Source: Octopus vulgaris
Taxonomy: Eukaryota
Length of the DNA stretch: 64,000 nucleotides
NCBI GenBank assembly: GCA_951406725.2
Contig: OX597824.1
Coordinates: 33,356,001-33,420,000 of the forward strand
Reading direction: 5' to 3'
Both the position numbers and the translations under genes were made by a program. Of this stretch, positions 43,399 to 55,882 are shown piece after piece. Positions within the stretch are counted from its first letter, which is position 1. The number at the start of each line of letters is the position of its first letter. The notes beneath the pieces are model-generated. The model saw nothing but the letters and a program-made list of their open reading frames with translations. It ran no database searches and was not told where the DNA came from.

Positions 43399-43840
43399 AG
43401 ATAGAATCGAAATAATGGTTGTTATTTTTATTTCATTTTATATTGCAATTGAGAAATGATAGCGTCGTTGGCAACATGCTTCCACAGTAGGACAGTTATT
43501 AGTTTATAGCATTTGTGAGAGCGACGAGAGAGTGTTTAGTAATTTAGCTTCCTTACAACATAGCCATATGTTTCAACTATCGTCTCTTCGGAGAAACTAC
43601 ATTTGAAACATCTAGCCATAGATAGAATCGAAATAATGGTTGTTATTTTTATTTCATTTTATATAGCAATTGAGAAATGATAGCGTCGTTGGCAACAGGC
43701 TTCCACAGTAGGACAGTTATTAGTTTATAGCATTTGTGAGAGCGACAAGAGAGTGTTTAGTAATTTAGCTTCCTTACAACATAGCCATATGTTTCAACTA
43801 TTGTCTCTCCGGAGAAACTACATTTGAAACATCTAGCCAT
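43399..43840. repeat. 221-bp tandem duplication
   Basis: 43399-43619 versus 43620-43840, about 5 substitutions. Confidence 0.95.
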
Positions 43841-44419
43841 GTTGAAAAGAAATTTCAAAATATTATACACTTGCTACTTTTATAATATTGAGTTCTATCG
43901 TTAATATAGATTAATACGAACACTCGAATAAGGATTTAAGACGATTGATATGACCTTAGCAACACACATGGTATCTATCTGTCTGTCTGTCTGTTTGTCT
44001 GTCTCTCTGTTTGCCTGTCCTGTCTAGCCATGTATTCACACACACGCACATTCACACATGCATACACGCGCACATTCACACATACATGTGTATGTATAAT
44101 TATATATATGCATGTGTGTATAAACATCTATTTATGTATGCCTATATGCAGTATGTATGTATGTATGTATGTATGTATGTATGCATGCATGCATGTATAT
44201 TTGTATGTATGTATATATGTATGTATATTTGTATTTGTATGTATGTATGTATGTATGTATGTATGTATGTATGTATGTATGTATGTATATTTGTATGTAT
44301 GTATGTAGCATGTATGTATGTATGTATGTATGTATGTATGTATGTATGTATGTATGTATGTATGTACGTACGTACGTATGTATGTATGTATGTATACTTG
44401 TTCATTACCTAAACTCCTG

Positions 44420-44961
44420 AGAAGCCATACCATGCTTCAAAAATATGTTGACATAATTTCATCGATGCATGACGGAACCTTTTGAGGGGAAGTCTAGTGA
44501 AGTTGCTGAAAGCGTCCCTTCTGTTTTTGTTTGATGGTATTATATCATGGGGTAAATTTCTGCAAGGAGTATTTTGATAAATACAGTGGGTAGAATATAA
44601 GACGTTAACCGACTCAGATTATGCTGACGACTTAGTCGTGAGTACCAGGACAACAGAAGAAATGTGGCGAATATTGAATCGTAAGAGAGAGAAACCAGAT
44701 TGGCATGATTACTAACTACTCAAAGGCAGAAACGATGAATTTAGATTATGCCAGTTTACCTAATTACAGTATTGAAGAAGAAATAATAAAGGCGCAGGAG
44801 TGGCTGTGTGATAAGTAGCTTGCTAACCAACCACATGGTTCCGGGTTCAGTCCCACTGCGTGGCATCTTGGGCAAGTGTCTTCTGCTTTAGCCCCGGGCC
44901 AACCAATGCCTTGTGAGTGGATTTGGTAGACGGAAACTGAAAGAAGCCTGTCGTATATATG

Positions 44962-45014
<53 letters not shown>

Positions 45015-45600
45015 TTGTGTGTCTGTGTTTGTCTCCCTAGCATTGCTTGACAACCGATGCTGGTGTGTTTACGTTCCCGTCACCTAGCGGTTTGGCAAAA
45101 GAGACCGATAGAATAAGTACTGGGCTTACAAAGAATAAGTCCCGGGGTCGATTTGCTCGACTAAAGGCGGTGCTCCAGCATGGCCGCAGTCAAATGACTG
45201 AAACAAGTAAAAGAATAAAAGAATAAAAGAATAACTTCAAGACTTTGAGGGTTATAGTTGCAAGTAATATCTCCCTTGGTTTGGTGTTTGATGAAAGAAT
45301 TAACAAAGCAGAACGAGCAATTTTAATGTTATAATTTTTATCGAAGTCCAACTGCTTCTCCATATATACCAACATTAAATTTTCACTTTATTCTTGCTAA
45401 GATCAATATTACTTTATGGACATCCGTCTCGGCACAGCATGACTGTATTTGATGCTAAATTCCTTGCATAAGAAAGTTTGTTTATGAATGATGCAGTGGA
45501 AGAAACAATAGAAATCATGTTCTGTAATGTCTACAAGCATCCAAGAAAAAAAAAAATCAACACATGATACCGGCCAACATAGTGAAGAAATGATTAATGT
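44420..45600 (+). mobile_element. Decayed RTE-clade LINE RT fragment, split by SINE A
   Basis: LTDSDYADDLVV (YADD at 44620-44631), ERINKAERA, SILLYG. Confidence 0.75.
44790..45233 (+). mobile_element. SINE family A, full length, young
   Basis: Complete; tail (gaataaaa)n. Confidence 0.93.
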
Positions 45601-46346
45601 ATTGTGCAACAGAAATACTTGATCGCTGACCACTGGGGAAATTATATAAAGAGAAGTAGTAGTCATGGGTTCTTGTTTGAGGTCAACGGTGTACTACATT
45701 GTTATAATAGTAAATAGACTTAAACATACCATACACAGCAAGTAGGAGGATATTATACCCGCCGTACAGCACATACCAGAAGTTGTTGAGAATTTAAAGG
45801 AATACCTAATAACCAACTTTGCAATAAAATTTAACATCCAAGAGAGTAGAAAAAACTCCGTTCCTATACATGAGTATTTAGCTAAAAAAAAAATCAAAGA
45901 AACAGATACACCACGTCGTCCGTTTACATCTAAAGCAAAAAATAAGTTCATGTACTTACATGGAGACAGCGAATGTTGACACAGACAGAATAGGTCGGTG
46001 GTAAAATCCTAATCTAGAATTTCATTTAAGATTTTTTCTTTCCTGAAAATAAAGCATCAGATAAAAAAAGTCTACAGAATAAAACAAACACGTGTCAACA
46101 ACATGTAATGTAACAACATTAATATAACAAGTAATAGGACAATATATGCAGAAACTCATCACATATATCGGATACCACACCTATTAAAAATACATAGACT
46201 AAACATAAGTGTATTATAATAAACAAATACATACTACACAATAGATGAACACATAATTGAAAACCTCGTACAGCAAAATATAAAATGCATTAACAACCAA
46301 CCCATAAACAACCAGTAATAATACATACATACATACATGTGCGAGG

Positions 46347-46379
<33 letters not shown>

Positions 46380-46529
46380 TGTGTTTGTGTGTGTGTGTGT
46401 GAACAGAAAGAAAACTAACATTTAAAAGCCGTTCTATCAACAAAAAATCCCAAATATGTAAATAAGCGATGAATGACCAACGCCATTTATAAATTTGATG
46501 GCAGACGTGAAAATTGAAAATTTCATAAC

Positions 46530-47285
46530 TATTGCAAATTTTGGCACACTACTAGCAAATTTCGGGGGAAGGGTAAGTCGACTACTGTCCAACTGGTACT
46601 TATTTAATCTTCTCCGAAACAATGAAAGGCAAAGTCGACCTCATCGGAATTTGGACTCAAAACGTAATGACGGAAGAAATGTTGCCAAGCATTTTCTCCG
46701 GTGCGCTAACGATTCTTATTTCTTTATTGACCACAACGGGCTAAACACAGAGGAGACGAACAAGGACAGACAAAGGGATTAAGTGCGTAACTGGTACTTA
46801 ATTTATCGACCCCGAAAGGATGAAAAGCAAAGTCGACCTCGGCGGAATTTGAACTCAGAACGTAACAGCAGACAAGATACCTATTTCTTTACAACCCACA
46901 AGGGGCTAAACACAAAGAGGACAAACGGATTAAGTCGATTATATCGGCCCCAGTGTGTAACCGGTACTTATTTAATCGACTCCGAAAGGATGAAAGGCAA
47001 AGTCAACCTCGGCGGAATTTGAACTCAGAACGTAGCGGCAAACGAAATACCTATTTCTTTACTACCCACAAGGGGCTAAACACAGAGAGGACAAACAAGA
47101 AAAGACAAACGGATTACGTCGATTACATCGTCCCCAGTGCGTAACTGGGACTTAATTTATCGACGCCGAAAGGATGAAAGGCAAAGTCGAGCTCGGCGGA
47201 ATTTGAACTCAGAACGTAACGGCAGACGAAATACTGCTAAGCATTTTGCCCGGCGTGCTAACGTTTCTGCCAACTCACCACCTTA
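46530..47285 (-). mobile_element. SINE B tetramer (old B' + three B bodies, one head)
   Basis: Junctions near 46715, 46880 and 47050; the latter two are atac|ctatttc. Confidence 0.9.
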
Positions 47286-47398
47286 ATTAGAATCATTATA
47301 TTGGCATTAAAGTTCGATACTCTCCTGCCATGGACAACAAGGAGCAGCTGCAATGTAGTACATCACAAAGTACAATATAAGACTAGATACGAAAACTC

Positions 47399-47824
47399 GG
47401 ATCTTTTCGGTTTGAACGGCAGTTTTTAAAAATAATTTCGTATATTGGTAGAATGTGTTTAAAAAACATCTTTTTCTCTTGGCTTTATTGAGAAAATTCT
47501 ATAGTTTGTAAGATATTTGTTGTTTTTATTTTCTTCAATTTCTGTAATTTCAACCAATAAGTGACGTCTATTGAGGCAAATAAAAAACATTCTGTGCCGT
47601 ATGAATATGTCCCACGTTTAAGAAACAGATTGAGTTTATTTACATTTGTGAAGAAAAAAAGATACCCTTCCCCCCACCCCTAAGCCTAACCCTAACTAAC
47701 CCTAACTCTAACCCTAATCCTAAAACAGATTGAAATGCAATAGATCGATGCTAGGGTCATAATTATGGGTGACAATTTCATATGACACCGCTAGAAAAAA
47801 CTGCCGTTCAAACCGAAAAGATCC
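47399..47824. mobile_element. 426-bp MITE, 29-bp perfect TIR, 7-bp TSD, internal telomere-like repeats
   Basis: TIR ggatcttttcggtttgaacggcagttttt; TSD aaaactc at 47392-47398 and 47825-47831; (ccctaa)-like run at about 47678-47723. Confidence 0.92.
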
Positions 47825-48879
47825 AAAACTCTAACGTACAACATAGTTATACTGTTATAGAAATTTCCAGAAAATAGACAAATAAGGACGGGTGTAACAA
47901 TCATATCACATAATACAATATTGAAATGAAGAGTAGGACAACGTCCAGTAGTCGCAAGCAAAACTCAACCTCTGACTGTTGGTGTATAAATTGAACGAGC
48001 AAAATGTAAATTCTAGCAAAAAAACGTCTACACCAATTACTAAGATACAACAAGCACTGGACCTGTCTACTTCACAGAAACAGAAACACACTTGTCAGCA
48101 CCTGTTCAATCTAATGACAAGTCAATGAAAGATTAAAGACGTTGCGGATGAATTCTGGGACTTAACTGTTCCGAATAAACTATGAGAAATCCATATAGAA
48201 ATACGAAAAATCTTTAATAAAATATGTTATAACCAGGACACAGTAATGTATTCTAAGCAACGTGGGTAAAATGTTGTTTCCACAATCCTCTCTTTCTATC
48301 TCTCTATCTCTTTCTTTCTCTCTTGCTCGCTCTCTCTTTCTCTCTCACACACACTCTCTCTCTTTTTCACGCACACTCTCTCTCGCTCTCTCTCTTTCTC
48401 ACACACACTCTCTCTCGCTCTCCCCAATGTTTGTTTTGTCTGTCCTCGTATCGTCCCCTCTTTTTCTCAACCTTATGGTGAATAAAAAAATTCTCTTTCT
48501 TTCTCTCTCCCCATATGTCTTTGTGTTTGTGTGTGTGTTGTGTGTGTGTGTCTGTGAGTGTGTGTGTGTGTGTGTGTGTGGGTGTGGGTGTGTGTGGGTG
48601 GGTGGTGTGTGTGTGTGTGGGTGGGTGTATGTGTGTGTATGTGTGTGCGTGTGTGTGAGACAAATGGACACACTAGTTCTTCACATGGGGCACACTAGAT
48701 CCGTCTAAGCGAGGTACATTTTCTTGAAAGCGCTCAATAACCCAACATCACAAGAATTCATTAGAAGCGCGGCAGAAGTCCAAGTAAAAGAAATGATACG
48801 AAAAGGAACAACCCAAGAATAAACTAAAACAAAATAGAATTAAAAAAAAAATTAAGTATTAACTTCCCAATACGGTTTC

Positions 48880-49475
48880 GATGTACTGGACACGTTTCAT
48901 CAGGCAGAGCAGGGGAGCAGGTTTGAGACCGATTCGTGTATATAAGATACATCCATTTAACAAAAGGTTGATGTAAAGCGACAGGAATGAACTGTGGCCC
49001 GGTACACAAACGTAGATAGCTTCTTCTCAAAGCTCAAGGTACACACCATACACTCCTGTCGAGAACTGGGACTGATGATGGAAGGAGTAAATTTCGCAAC
49101 GTGTTCAGGTTTTCGGTGAGAATATCCCGGCAAACTTCATAATTGATTGCAATCATGTCAAAGAAATAATAGACTGTTCGGCGAATTTTTTTCCAAATTT
49201 TCCGGCGTTTTGCAAGTGAATGGTCACCGAGAACGCTCATTAGCTCGAACTGAGACTTAAACCGGTTTTCAAACGCGTGTGTCTTTCAAAATTTTGTGTT
49301 CAACCTCAAGAAAATCCGCCAAGAGTTTAAGGAAGTATTTTGAGTTCCTCCGTTGTAGATTTACGGATTTTTTTCCTAAAAATTTTTTAACTGGCACACT
49401 GCTTGAATTTGTCAAATGTCATAAAAATCGCAGCGATGTTTGCAGGACTACGAGAGAAAAACTTCGAGTAATAAT
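48880..49475 (-). pseudogene. Decayed mariner transposase N-terminal half
   Basis: Minus strand ERSR*PFTCKTPENLEK...DMIAINYEVCRDILTENLN...DET, matching mariner ERSGRPST..PENVEK..GISYG.C..ILTE.L..GDETW. Confidence 0.75.
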
Positions 49476-49532
49476 TGGTTAGGATTCCTGGCTTTCACCC
49501 AGGCGGCCCGGGTTCGATTCCCGGCATGGGAA
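49476..49532 (+). pseudogene. 5'-truncated tRNA-Glu(TTC) copy with genomic trailer and oligo-T
   Basis: ggttaggatt-cctgg-ctTTCac-ccagg-cggc-ccggg-ttcgatt-cccgg-catggga-a; about 15 nt of 5' end missing; no CCA; T7 at 49538-49544. Confidence 0.88.
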
Positions 49533-49546
49533 CTTGATTTTTTTAA

Positions 49547-49610
49547 ATGGCGGTGCCCCAGAATGGCCACAGCTCATGAGCTGAAACTAGAATCAATCAA
49601 TCAATCAATC
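49547..49610 (+). mobile_element. Isolated LINE/SINE-A-type 3' tail with (AATC)n
   Basis: ggcggtgccccagaatggccacagctcatgagctgaaactag(aatc)n; sister copy at 61978-62030. Confidence 0.75.
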
Positions 49611-49729
49611 AGAACGAAGTAGAATGACTGTCTACGTTGGCAGCTAATGATCATCAGCTGTTCACGAGTTTCTGTTGAACAGAACAATCGCAGTAAGTGC
49701 AGGTCGGAATAAATTCTTAAAGACACACA

Positions 49730-49798
<69 letters not shown>

Positions 49799-49891
49799 GC
49801 ACGCACGCACGCACGAACACACACTCAAGCTACTTATATATATACATACATGCATACATACTTACATACATACATACATACATACATACCT

Positions 49892-50262
49892 AGGCGAAGG
49901 AGTGGCTGTGTGGTAAGTAGCTTGCTTACCAACCACTTGGTTCCTGATGCAGTCCCACTGCGTGGCACCTTGAACAGGTTTCTTCTACTATAGCTTTGGG
50001 CCGACCAAAGCCTTGTGAGTGGATTCGGTTCACAGAAACGGAAAGTAGCCCGTGTGTGTGTGTGTGTGTCTGTGTTTGTCCCCCAACATCGCTTGACAAC
50101 CGATGCTGGTGTGTTTACGTTCCCGTAAACCAGCGATTCGGCAAAAGACATCGGTAGAATAAGTACTAGATTTACAAAGAATAAATCCTGGGGTCGATTT
50201 CTTCGACTAAAGGCGGTGCTCCAGCATGACCGCAGTCAAATGACTAAAACAAATAAAAGAAT
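49892..50262 (+). mobile_element. SINE family A inside (CATA)n
   Basis: Full-length homology. Confidence 0.9.
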
Positions 50263-50684
50263 ACATACATACATACATACATACATACATACATACATAC
50301 ATACATACATACATACATACATGCCATGCATACATACATACATACATTCTGGAAGTCAATTTGTGACCAAGTAAGACCACTTCTTTAACTCAATAAGTTC
50401 CTGCAAATAGTCAAGAGTCCAAGAGGTTCCTGGGTGGGAATTTGTATTGAGTGAATAAAGTATTACACAGCACTGAACTTATTTTTCAGTGCAATCAACT
50501 ATAAAATCTTTTCTATTCTAGGCACAAGGCCCTAAATTTTGGAGGTTGGGGACAGTCGATTAAATCGACCCAGTACGCAACTGGTACTTATTTTATCGAC
50601 CCCCGAAAAGATGAAGGGTAAATTTAGCATTACCAACACTTGTTGCTATATCTGTGCCCCAGCCACAGTAAAAGTGAGTAAAAG

Positions 50685-50811
<127 letters not shown>

Positions 50812-51251
50812 CAGACAGACGTGCGCGATGTGTGTATCTGCACTGAGATTAACTTCGAATTGCAATACCTACAGCTTTTTGGGAATGAACAGAGAGCAAA
50901 GACCTTTAATCTTGCCTACATTTCGATGCCAACATTTCGATGACTGGTGTCCCAAAAAAAATACACTGTACACTCTGCAAAGCTGTTGATGTTAGGAAGA
51001 AGATGAGCTTATACAAATCATAACAAATGTGATACAAGTTTCCGACCCAGCTAGGTGGATGGTGGGCAGTAACTCCAGATAGCAACTGACTCCCACTGTA
51101 ACTGTCCATTCGATGCATGCCAGGATGGAAAACATACGTAATTCGATGATCATGATGATCATGATGATATCATACATACATACATACATACATACATACA
51201 TACATACATACATACATACATTCATAAATACATTCATATATACATACATAT

Positions 51252-51283
<32 letters not shown>

Positions 51284-51580
51284 GTTGAACTTTTGGACTT
51301 TACTCATAGGATATTGGAATATTGCATATATACCATGATGCCTGAAAAATGGATTTACAACTTCAATACCCATACATATCTTGCATCTATTTTTTTCCTC
51401 CACCTCACTCTCTATTTTGTATCACATCTAAACTGACTATGACTTAACTATCCTCTCACACCGTCCCCGATGAAGGGATATAATTAATAAATATCCTAGA
51501 AACAGCTGTAAGACCTTCTATCTATAAATGCTCTAATATCTACACAGCCTTGGTGTTTTATCCTATTACGCAAAAATTCT
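51284..51580 (+). mobile_element. Penelope-like terminal fragment with hammerhead (51463-51514), between TA-rich tracts
   Basis: gtcc-CCGATGA-agggatat..atatccta-GAAA-cagctg-TA|agac; U4 mutated to C; palindromic stem III. Confidence 0.65.
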
Positions 51581-51878
51581 TATATATACATATATATACA
51601 TATATATACATACACACACGCACAAACACACGCACATACACACATTTATATAAACACTTCATGTTTGAAGCTCTGATGAAATTGTAAGGTGTTAATCAGG
51701 CACTAAACTATGAGTCCGCCACATCTTAAAGTGGAATCAACTGTAAGCTAATGAAGTTCATAGGATAAGCGATTATTCTTTTGTCCTTTCTTTTCTTGTT
51801 ATCCACCTGACGCTTCGTTCAGAAGCATACGTATCTTGAGTTCTACACCAGGTTATTAGTATCGCAATGTGTGTATCT

Positions 51879-51922
<44 letters not shown>

Positions 51923-53455
51923 GTTGTCTATGCTTAATTCCCCTTATTAATTTCTCAGTGACCACGTTCTCTCCGCTTTTCTCTTTCTTTCTCTCTCACT
52001 CATTCTCTCTCTCTCTCTCTCTCTGTTTCGTTCTCTTCCATTTTTCTTCCTCCAGTAATCAGTTCTCTCCCTCCTCCCCTTCTCTCTCCACATCCAACCT
52101 TCCCTCAATTCCTTTGATTTCTTATGATCCTAGTTCCACTCCCTCGCTATCTTATTTATTACTGTTAGCTTCTAATCTGCAACTGGTAACTTTTTTCCCA
52201 CCATATCTCCTTCTTCATCCAAGGGGTAACGCTTGTTACTTTTTCTCTTGTCGAAAGACCCCGCTATTTAATACTCTTCATAATATGGCCTATATTTTGC
52301 TTGTTTCGTTCAATGTTGCTTACTTATTGTCGTCCCGTTTCAGGCGTCATACTCGGGTTCGTTGAAGTGATTGTGCAGTACTGTTGACTAATTACCTTGA
52401 AATTATCTTGAAATTCAATCATCAACTGATGAAAGGGCATTCTAACCTTGTTTGTATCATGTCCTGTAGGTTTTACCGGTCGTCTATGCTTAATTTTCAT
52501 ATTTATGTGTGTTTCTGTACGTGCTGTATAAATACGTACATACACATATACGTACATGTATATATGTATGTATATATCATAATGATGCTAACTGAAGTAT
52601 ATTTACACATGTAACAAAGACAAAGTGAAAGGATTTGTATATAATAAGACATCAAAACAGTAGAAGAGGAATAATAAAAGGAAACATAAATAAATGAATA
52701 GGAGTTAAATCTACGAATAATGAAAATTATAGTTCATATATACATGCTTATCTCAGCTGTGTGCATGACGTTGTGTGTCTTTGAGATGTTAATCAGTTAA
52801 AGATAATGTAACTCAGTGACATAACTGATGCTTCTCAAAGTGTCTCCTTTTCCAGAAAATCTCAGATCTGTGTTTTCCAAACAGAGATTATATTTATGAA
52901 ACCATTTGAACAAAACTATTTACTCTATTTTATAAAAGATTGCATCTTTTACTTCAGTTCACTCTTCTGCTTTTCTGGATATTTTTTATTATTCCAAAAT
53001 CCTTACTCTTTACTTTTCTTATTTTGGGAATATGTTTTATTCATCTGTTTCCCATAATACCTATTGAGGTTTATTTTACTCTTAAAGGGAAATAACTATT
53101 ATCGTTTAAGATGTATGCACTTAAATAGAAACTGAAACAATATATTTTTTCAAATCTACGTTCTCTTAAAAGGGGAAATATTAGAAGCAAGTAGTTCGGC
53201 AAAAACTGTTAGTAACCATAATGGAAAATCTGTTAACTGTATTACATTGTATATAGACATTGCCCTTTTGTATTAAATGATATATAGCTTATGATATTGT
53301 GATCAAATCTTAAACGTTACGCACACAGACAGCCACACACTCACACATAAACACACACATACACGCGCCCGCATGTGTATGTATGTATGTATGTATGTAT
53401 GTATGTATGTATGTATGTATGTATGTATGTATGTATGTATGTATGTATGTATGTG

Positions 53456-53504
<49 letters not shown>

Positions 53505-53883
53505 TTTATTTTTTAGATTTTACTTGTTCCAATCATTAGACTGCAGCCATACTGGGGTACTGCCTTGAAGAATTTTTAGTCGAATGAATCAATTATGTTC
53601 CTTTTTTAAGCCAAGCACTTACTCTAACGATTTTTTGCTGAACCGTTAAGTCACGGAGACGCTAACACACCAGTGCTGGTTTAAGCGGTGCTGGGGCACA
53701 AGCACACATACACACATTTATACACACACTCACACAAAAACACATTAACACAAACACGTCTGTGTGTATATATATGTATGTATATATAAGTCAGACTTCT
53801 TTATATATATATATATGATACTTTGATACTTTGATAGGTTTCGATTATTGGCCCAGGCCATGTCTAACTTAATAGCACCACCT

Positions 53884-53928
<45 letters not shown>

Positions 53929-54626
53929 GTATATATACACACATGTATACATATATACAAACATATACATAAATATATACATGTATACATATATACACAC
54001 ATATACATATATGTATGTATGTATGTATGTTTGTATGTATGTATGTGTATGTATGTATGTATGTATAAATACATATGTGTGTGTGTGTATTCGTGCTCAT
54101 GGTCATATATATTTTATCTCTCACATTTACAATGCTATACCTCTTAGATTTCAAATTATCAGAAATAGAAAAAAAAAACTGTGTAGCGCTATGAATTATT
54201 TAATCCAATGTGTCAGCGACTGCTCTGCTAATCAGGTCAGACTAACCAGTTTAGCTAAGTGCTAGTGCGTATACACAGAGAATTGTTATTAGCTACTCAT
54301 TCTTTCGTGTGCCAAAGATAAGGATTTGTGTCTCTGCTGGACGTTTTATAAATCCTATAAATTACATCGCGCCCGACATTCTCTGATCGTTTAATTCGTA
54401 TGGTGTAGGCTAAAATTCTATGTAAAGTATGTATGTATGTATGTATGTATGTATGTATGTGTGTATGCATATATGTGCGTGTATGTGCATGTGGGTATTA
54501 TTTCTTGTATGTACAGGATGTAAGTAACTATAATAGTGAAACGTACGTGAGAAACAAATGATATAAATTGCACCTTCTTTATGATACGTTTTCATCTACA
54601 TAATATATAATATATATATATATATA

Positions 54627-54701
<75 letters not shown>

Positions 54702-54742
54702 GTATCCATGTATGTATGTATGTATGTATGTATGTATGTATG

Positions 54743-54801
<59 letters not shown>

Positions 54802-54827
54802 TTATCTATCTACATATATATATATAG

Positions 54828-55027
54828 TTACTGCACGCATTTTTCTCTCTCCTTCTTTCTGTGTTTTTTTTTCTCTCTGTGTATCTTTCTGTTGAAGAGC
54901 GTAGGCTCGAAACGTTAAAGACTTGTTTTATTTATATTTCCTGAGCGCCATACAAATACAATTGTTTGTTTGTTTCCCACCTGCCTTCGTCTTTTGTCTA
55001 TTTTCATAAAGCTTCCCGTTATATATA

Positions 55028-55060
<33 letters not shown>

Positions 55061-55232
55061 GGAGAGAATTCACGAAAAAAAAAACAAAAGACGAAGACAG
55101 GTGGTGTAGAAAACAAACAGATGTATTAGTATAACGCTCAGGAATTTAAAAAAAGTATTTAACGTTTCGAGCCTGAGCCCTTCCAGAGAAAGGAACACAG
55201 AAAGAAACAAGGAGAGAAAAAAATGTGTGTAG
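54828..55232. mobile_element. Convergent pair of related hammerhead-like mini-elements around a TA tract
   Basis: Plus copy 54828-55020 (tcttt-CTGTTGA-agagc-gtag-gctc-GAAA-cgtt-aaaga at 54884-54921); minus copy 55058-55232 homologous. Confidence 0.65.
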
Positions 55233-55266
55233 TGGCTACCGATCTATCATGGCGAAGCCCGTCGTA

Positions 55267-55302
<36 letters not shown>

Positions 55303-55429
55303 TAATTAATAAGGGTGAGAGAATTAGATACTAATTTAATAGTATATCTATTCAACACCAAGTGGCCTAGTGCTCCGAGAAACCTGGATTATTATAATAT
55401 TTTATAATATATTATAATATTTTTACAAA

Positions 55430-55639
55430 ATAAATATAAGAGAGTGGTCACTATATGGCTCACTCTAGCACCAGTTAATCCAAAAGGTTTCAACCACAAA
55501 AATACATGTTTCCCATGAAAGTCAGTACGATTGTTAGCTCAACAATCGTACTGACTTTCATGGGAAACATGTATTTTTGTGGTTGAAACCTTTTGGATTA
55601 ACTGGTGCTAGAGTGAGCCATATAGTGACCACTCTCTTA

Positions 55640-55646
<7 letters not shown>
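55430..55646. repeat. Perfect palindrome, 106-bp arms, 5-nt loop, within the TA tract of a SINE A fragment
   Basis: 55430-55535 is the reverse complement of 55541-55646. Confidence 0.95.
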
Positions 55647-55694
<48 letters not shown>

Positions 55695-55815
55695 ATGAGT
55701 GTGTATATGTTTGTGTGTCTGACATCGTTTGACAACCGATGTTAATGTGTTTATGTCCCCGTAACTTAACGGTTTGACAAAAGAGACCGATAGAATAAGT
55801 ACTAGAGTAAAAGGA

Positions 55816-55880
<65 letters not shown>

Positions 55881-55882
55881 AT

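Noticed and set aside
47678-47723. Telomere or fusion scar
   Set aside because: Short, degenerate and internal to a TIR element.
47880-48260. Possible Penelope GIY-YIG relic (YFTETETHL) and RT-like stretch near 45750-45950
   Set aside because: Similarity too weak to support without a search.
49476-49532. Functional tRNA-Glu gene
   Set aside because: 5' acceptor strand and A box are missing.
52425-52450. ctgatgaaaggg hammerhead-like start
   Set aside because: No GAAA or stem III follows.
53830-53886. Single mariner-like terminus ending cacctgg|TA
   Set aside because: No matching second TIR found.
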